A stretch of DNA of 64,000 bases. Source: an uncultured bacterium. GTDB lineage: Bacteria > Krumholzibacteriota > Krumholzibacteriia > Krumholzibacteriales > Krumholzibacteriaceae. Below the pieces are notes generated by a model. That model was not told the origin of the DNA. It saw only the letters and a program-made list of their open reading frames with translations, and did not search any database. How positions within the stretch are numbered: the stretch's first letter is position 1; each line of letters begins with the position of its first letter. The stretch is taken from contig CBDUYR010000001.1 in the NCBI GenBank assembly GCA_965371515.1, positions 1 through 64,000 on the forward strand, written 5' to 3'. This document shows, piece by piece, positions 61,392 through 64,000 of the stretch. The position numbers were made by a program, and so were the translations under genes.

Positions 61392-64000
61392 TTGAACTTC
61401 CATGAAAAAGCATGGAGAAGTATCTCCATCGCCGCCATCGCAGTAATCGTGATCGTCCTCGTCGCCGGGCCTTGCCGTGCGGGTGAGAGCGAGGATTTCC
61501 GTTTTGCAAAGAGGCTGCAGCGCGACAGGATGTTTGTCGCTGCCGCGGAGGAGTTCCTCCGGTTCTCCGAGAAATACCCGGCCAGCACGCTGCGAGCATC
61601 GGCCCTCTTCTCGGCCGGCGAATGCTGGATGCAGGCCGGACGGGCGAACGATGCCCTTTCGACATTCGAGAGGCAGCTCGCCGACTATCCCGGGAACGAG
61701 AACTCCTGCAAGGCGAGGTTCTACAGGGGGACGATCCTGAAGACACTCAAGCGTTTCAGGGAGGCCGCCGACGAGCTGATGATCATACCAGAGACTTCGG
61801 GGAGCTGCCCCCTGGAGGGCAGGGCACTCCTCGAGGCGGGGGAATGCCTCATCGCGGCCGGTGATGCGCGCGAGGCGGTGACCGTTCTCAGGCGCGCCTC
61901 CGATCCGGCGAGATATCCGGATCAGGCCCCGAGGGCGGGATACAGCCTGGCAATCGCGCTGGTGAACACAGGCAGGGACCTCGAAGCGGAAAAGATACTG
62001 AAGGAAACGGTCGGGAAATACCCGATGTCGCCGATAGCGGCCCTCGCCATGATGAAACTCGGTGACAGGGCTCTCGCAAGGGGCGAATCGGCCGAGGCTG
62101 CCCGGTATTTCAGGAAAGCGGCCGATGATTACAATGAAGCTTCCCTCCGCGAGAAAGCGATCTCGAAGCTGCTCGAGGCCGCTCACAGAGCGGGCGACGA
62201 GAAGATGGTGCTGAAAACAGCCGACGAATACATAAAATTTTTTCCCGAAGGCGCCGGTCGCCCCCGGGCATATACGCTGGGGATAAACTCAGCCCGCGAT
62301 CTCGGAGAGCGGGACAGGGCGATCTCGATGATAGATTCGTGGCGGTCAGAGGAGGGGTACTCCGACCCCGACGGCGGGTTCAGCCTGATGAGGGCCTCGC
62401 TGCTCGAGGAGAAGGGAAAGACGGGGGACGCGCTCGCCGAGCTCGGAAGATTCAGGCGGTCGTTTCCGGCATCCGTACTTCTAGTCGAGGCGCTACTGCT
62501 CGAGGGACGCCTGCTCGAAAAATCGAAACGATACGATGACGCAGTCCTGAGGTACGATATCGCGCTTGCCGAGGGAGCTGCGGGCGAAGAGAAACTCGAG
62601 ACGCTCGGACGCCTCGCGGAGATATCGGCCGAACAGCTCTCCGATACGCTGGCCGCCCTGAGGTACTGGGGCATGATCGCCTCGGCGGACCGGGGCGGCG
62701 GGAAGGGCGAGGAAGCACTCTGGCGTTCGGCCGCCGTCAGGGAGGCCGCCGGCGACATGCGCGGCGCGGCGGCGGATCTGCACAGGATCGAAAGGGAATA
62801 TCACGGGGGGAAATACGCTACGGAGGCGGCGGAACGGGCCATCCGGCTCGAACTGCTCGCCGGTCCGGGTGGGGACGCAGAGGGAGCGCTGGCGCGTCTC
62901 GCCGTAGACGGCGCCGTCACAGGCGGGATGCGTTACCTCGAGACGGGGAGGATCCTGCTCGTGGAAGCGGGAAGACACAGCGAGGCTGCCCATTATCTCG
63001 AACGGGCCCTCAAGTCAGAAATACCGGACGGGGAGAAGGCGAAGGCGAGGTACTACCTCGGCAACGCCCGCGCGCTGGGTTACGAGATATCGATGGCGAC
63101 AGGAAGCCCCGACGACGGACTGCGAAAGAGCGCGATCGACGAATGGTGGAAGGTCGCGCGCGAGGCCCCCGGCACGGAATGGGGAGGGAGATCCCACCGC
63201 GCGTGGCTCGGGTACAGGCTCGACGAATGGGATATCGACGGCAGGCTCAAGAGGCTCGACGAGTTCCTCGGCTATTACGGGTCGAGCGGCGGCCACTACT
63301 GGTGGGCGCAGGGCAGGAAACTCGAATATCTCTACGACGCTTCTCCGGGCAGGGACGACTGGGCCGCCGACAGCGCGCTGGCAGTGACCGGGCTGTTCCT
63401 GGACAACGCCTCTCCGGCGAAGGGGAAGAAGGAAGCCCTCCTCAAATCGGGTTACCTCCACAGGATGAAGGGCGACGCCGGAAGGGCCGAGTCGGCGCTG
63501 GCATCGTTCGCCGGCAGATACCCTGACGACTACAGGACGGTCTCCGTGCTGTACGATCTCGGCGAGACGAACCTCTCGCAGAAGAATTACGCGAAAGCGC
63601 TCGAGGCCTACGAGGCATGTCTTGCCAAGGGGCCCCCGAGGCGACTCGAGGGCAGGTGTATGCTCCGTGCGGGCGACTGTGCGTACTATATGCATGAATA
63701 CAGCAGGGCGGCGGAAAAGTACGCGACCCTTGCGAGGCATAATCCTCCCACCGGGCTCGAAGACGAGGCGGCCTACAGGCAGGCTCTCGCACTGAGGCAG
63801 GCCGGCAGGGGGGACGAAGCCGATGAGATACTGCGGTCACTCTACGAGCGGGCCGATCTGTCTCCGGGTCTGCGAGCGAGGGTGCTCGAGCTGACCGGGA
63901 GACGTATGGCCGAGACGGGCGATCACGCTGCCGCGCGGAACATGTTCGAGGAGCTTTGCGGCATGCGCAAGACGTCCGGTTCCCTGACCCTTCTCGCCGA
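61392..64000 (+). CDS. Large exported TPR-repeat protein, 3'-partial
   Basis: TTG at 61392 after GGAGG; signal peptide (WRSISIAAIAVIVIVLVAGPCRA), then repeated BamD/YfiO-like TPR units (F..KYP, ARFYRG, ARYYLG). The same frame is coding at the points checked (61.5 and 63.0 kb). It is absent from the ORF track, consistent with no stop inside the window. Confidence 0.85.
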   Translation, partial: MNFHEKAWRSISIAAIAVIVIVLVAGPCRAGESEDFRFAKRLQRDRMFVAAAEEFLRFSEKYPASTLRASALFSAGECWMQAGRANDALSTFERQLADYPGNENSCKARFYRGTILKTLKRFREAADELMIIPETSGSCPLEGRALLEAGECLIAAGDAREAVTVLRRASDPARYPDQAPRAGYSLAIALVNTGRDLEAEKILKETVGKYPMSPIAALAMMKLGDRALARGESAEAARYFRKAADDYNEASLREKAISKLLEAAHRAGDEKMVLKTADEYIKFFPEGAGRPRAYTLGINSARDLGERDRAISMIDSWRSEEGYSDPDGGFSLMRASLLEEKGKTGDALAELGRFRRSFPASVLLVEALLLEGRLLEKSKRYDDAVLRYDIALAEGAAGEEKLETLGRLAEISAEQLSDTLAALRYWGMIASADRGGGKGEEALWRSAAVREAAGDMRGAAADLHRIEREYHGGKYATEAAERAIRLELLAGPGGDAEGALARLAVDGAVTGGMRYLETGRILLVEAGRHSEAAHYLERALKSEIPDGEKAKARYYLGNARALGYEISMATGSPDDGLRKSAIDEWWKVAREAPGTEWGGRSHRAWLGYRLDEWDIDGRLKRLDEFLGYYGSSGGHYWWAQGRKLEYLYDASPGRDDWAADSALAVTGLFLDNASPAKGKKEALLKSGYLHRMKGDAGRAESALASFAGRYPDDYRTVSVLYDLGETNLSQKNYAKALEAYEACLAKGPPRRLEGRCMLRAGDCAYYMHEYSRAAEKYATLARHNPPTGLEDEAAYRQALALRQAGRGDEADEILRSLYERADLSPGLRARVLELTGRRMAETGDHAAARNMFEELCGMRKTSGSLTLLA

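Overview
A 64 kb, GC-rich, gene-dense stretch of core chromosome from a diderm bacterium. The gene content and order (SprA homologue, GWxTD proteins, rpoN-hpf-hprK-mannose-type PTS-metK-ahcY, AsnRS) suggest an FCB-superphylum candidate lineage such as Krumholzibacteriota, Latescibacterota or Eisenbacteria; this is inference only. Blocks in order: (1) partial OmpA/TSP3 protein, rplU-rpmA. (2) MBL hydrolase, two-subunit class I fumarate/tartrate hydratase, kdsB-pyrG-kdsA-kdsD. (3) A two-gene insert (ABC-2 permease/M1-like/golvesin-like fusion plus a SAM methyltransferase). (4) A sigma54/IHF promoter candidate, then lpxL-like, lptC, lptB, rpoN, lipA, hpf, hprK, mannose-family PTS with a GH57 gene inside it, ptsH, ptsI, pgi/pmi, an NTP-transferase, metK and ahcY. 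(5) On the minus strand, lptF-lptG and two tandem GWxTD paralogues, divergent from a 2179-aa SprA homologue and an M28 lipoprotein. (6) rimP-nusA-infB-DUF503-rbfA-nrnA-truB-ribF-rpsO-pnp-M16-dut-deacetylase. (7) A minus-strand TPR/Zn-finger membrane protein plus DUF4388 pair with its own sigma54 site, asnS, and a long TPR protein running off the end. I found no rRNA, tRNA, CRISPR array or mobile element. The best candidates for undescribed biology are the SprA/lptFG/GWxTD envelope locus, the divergent PTS with an embedded GH57, the sigma54-linked TPR-DUF4388 module, the sigma54/IHF site upstream of the rpoN operon, and the orphan permease-M1-golvesin plus methyltransferase insert. All assignments come from motif recognition by eye; no searches were run.
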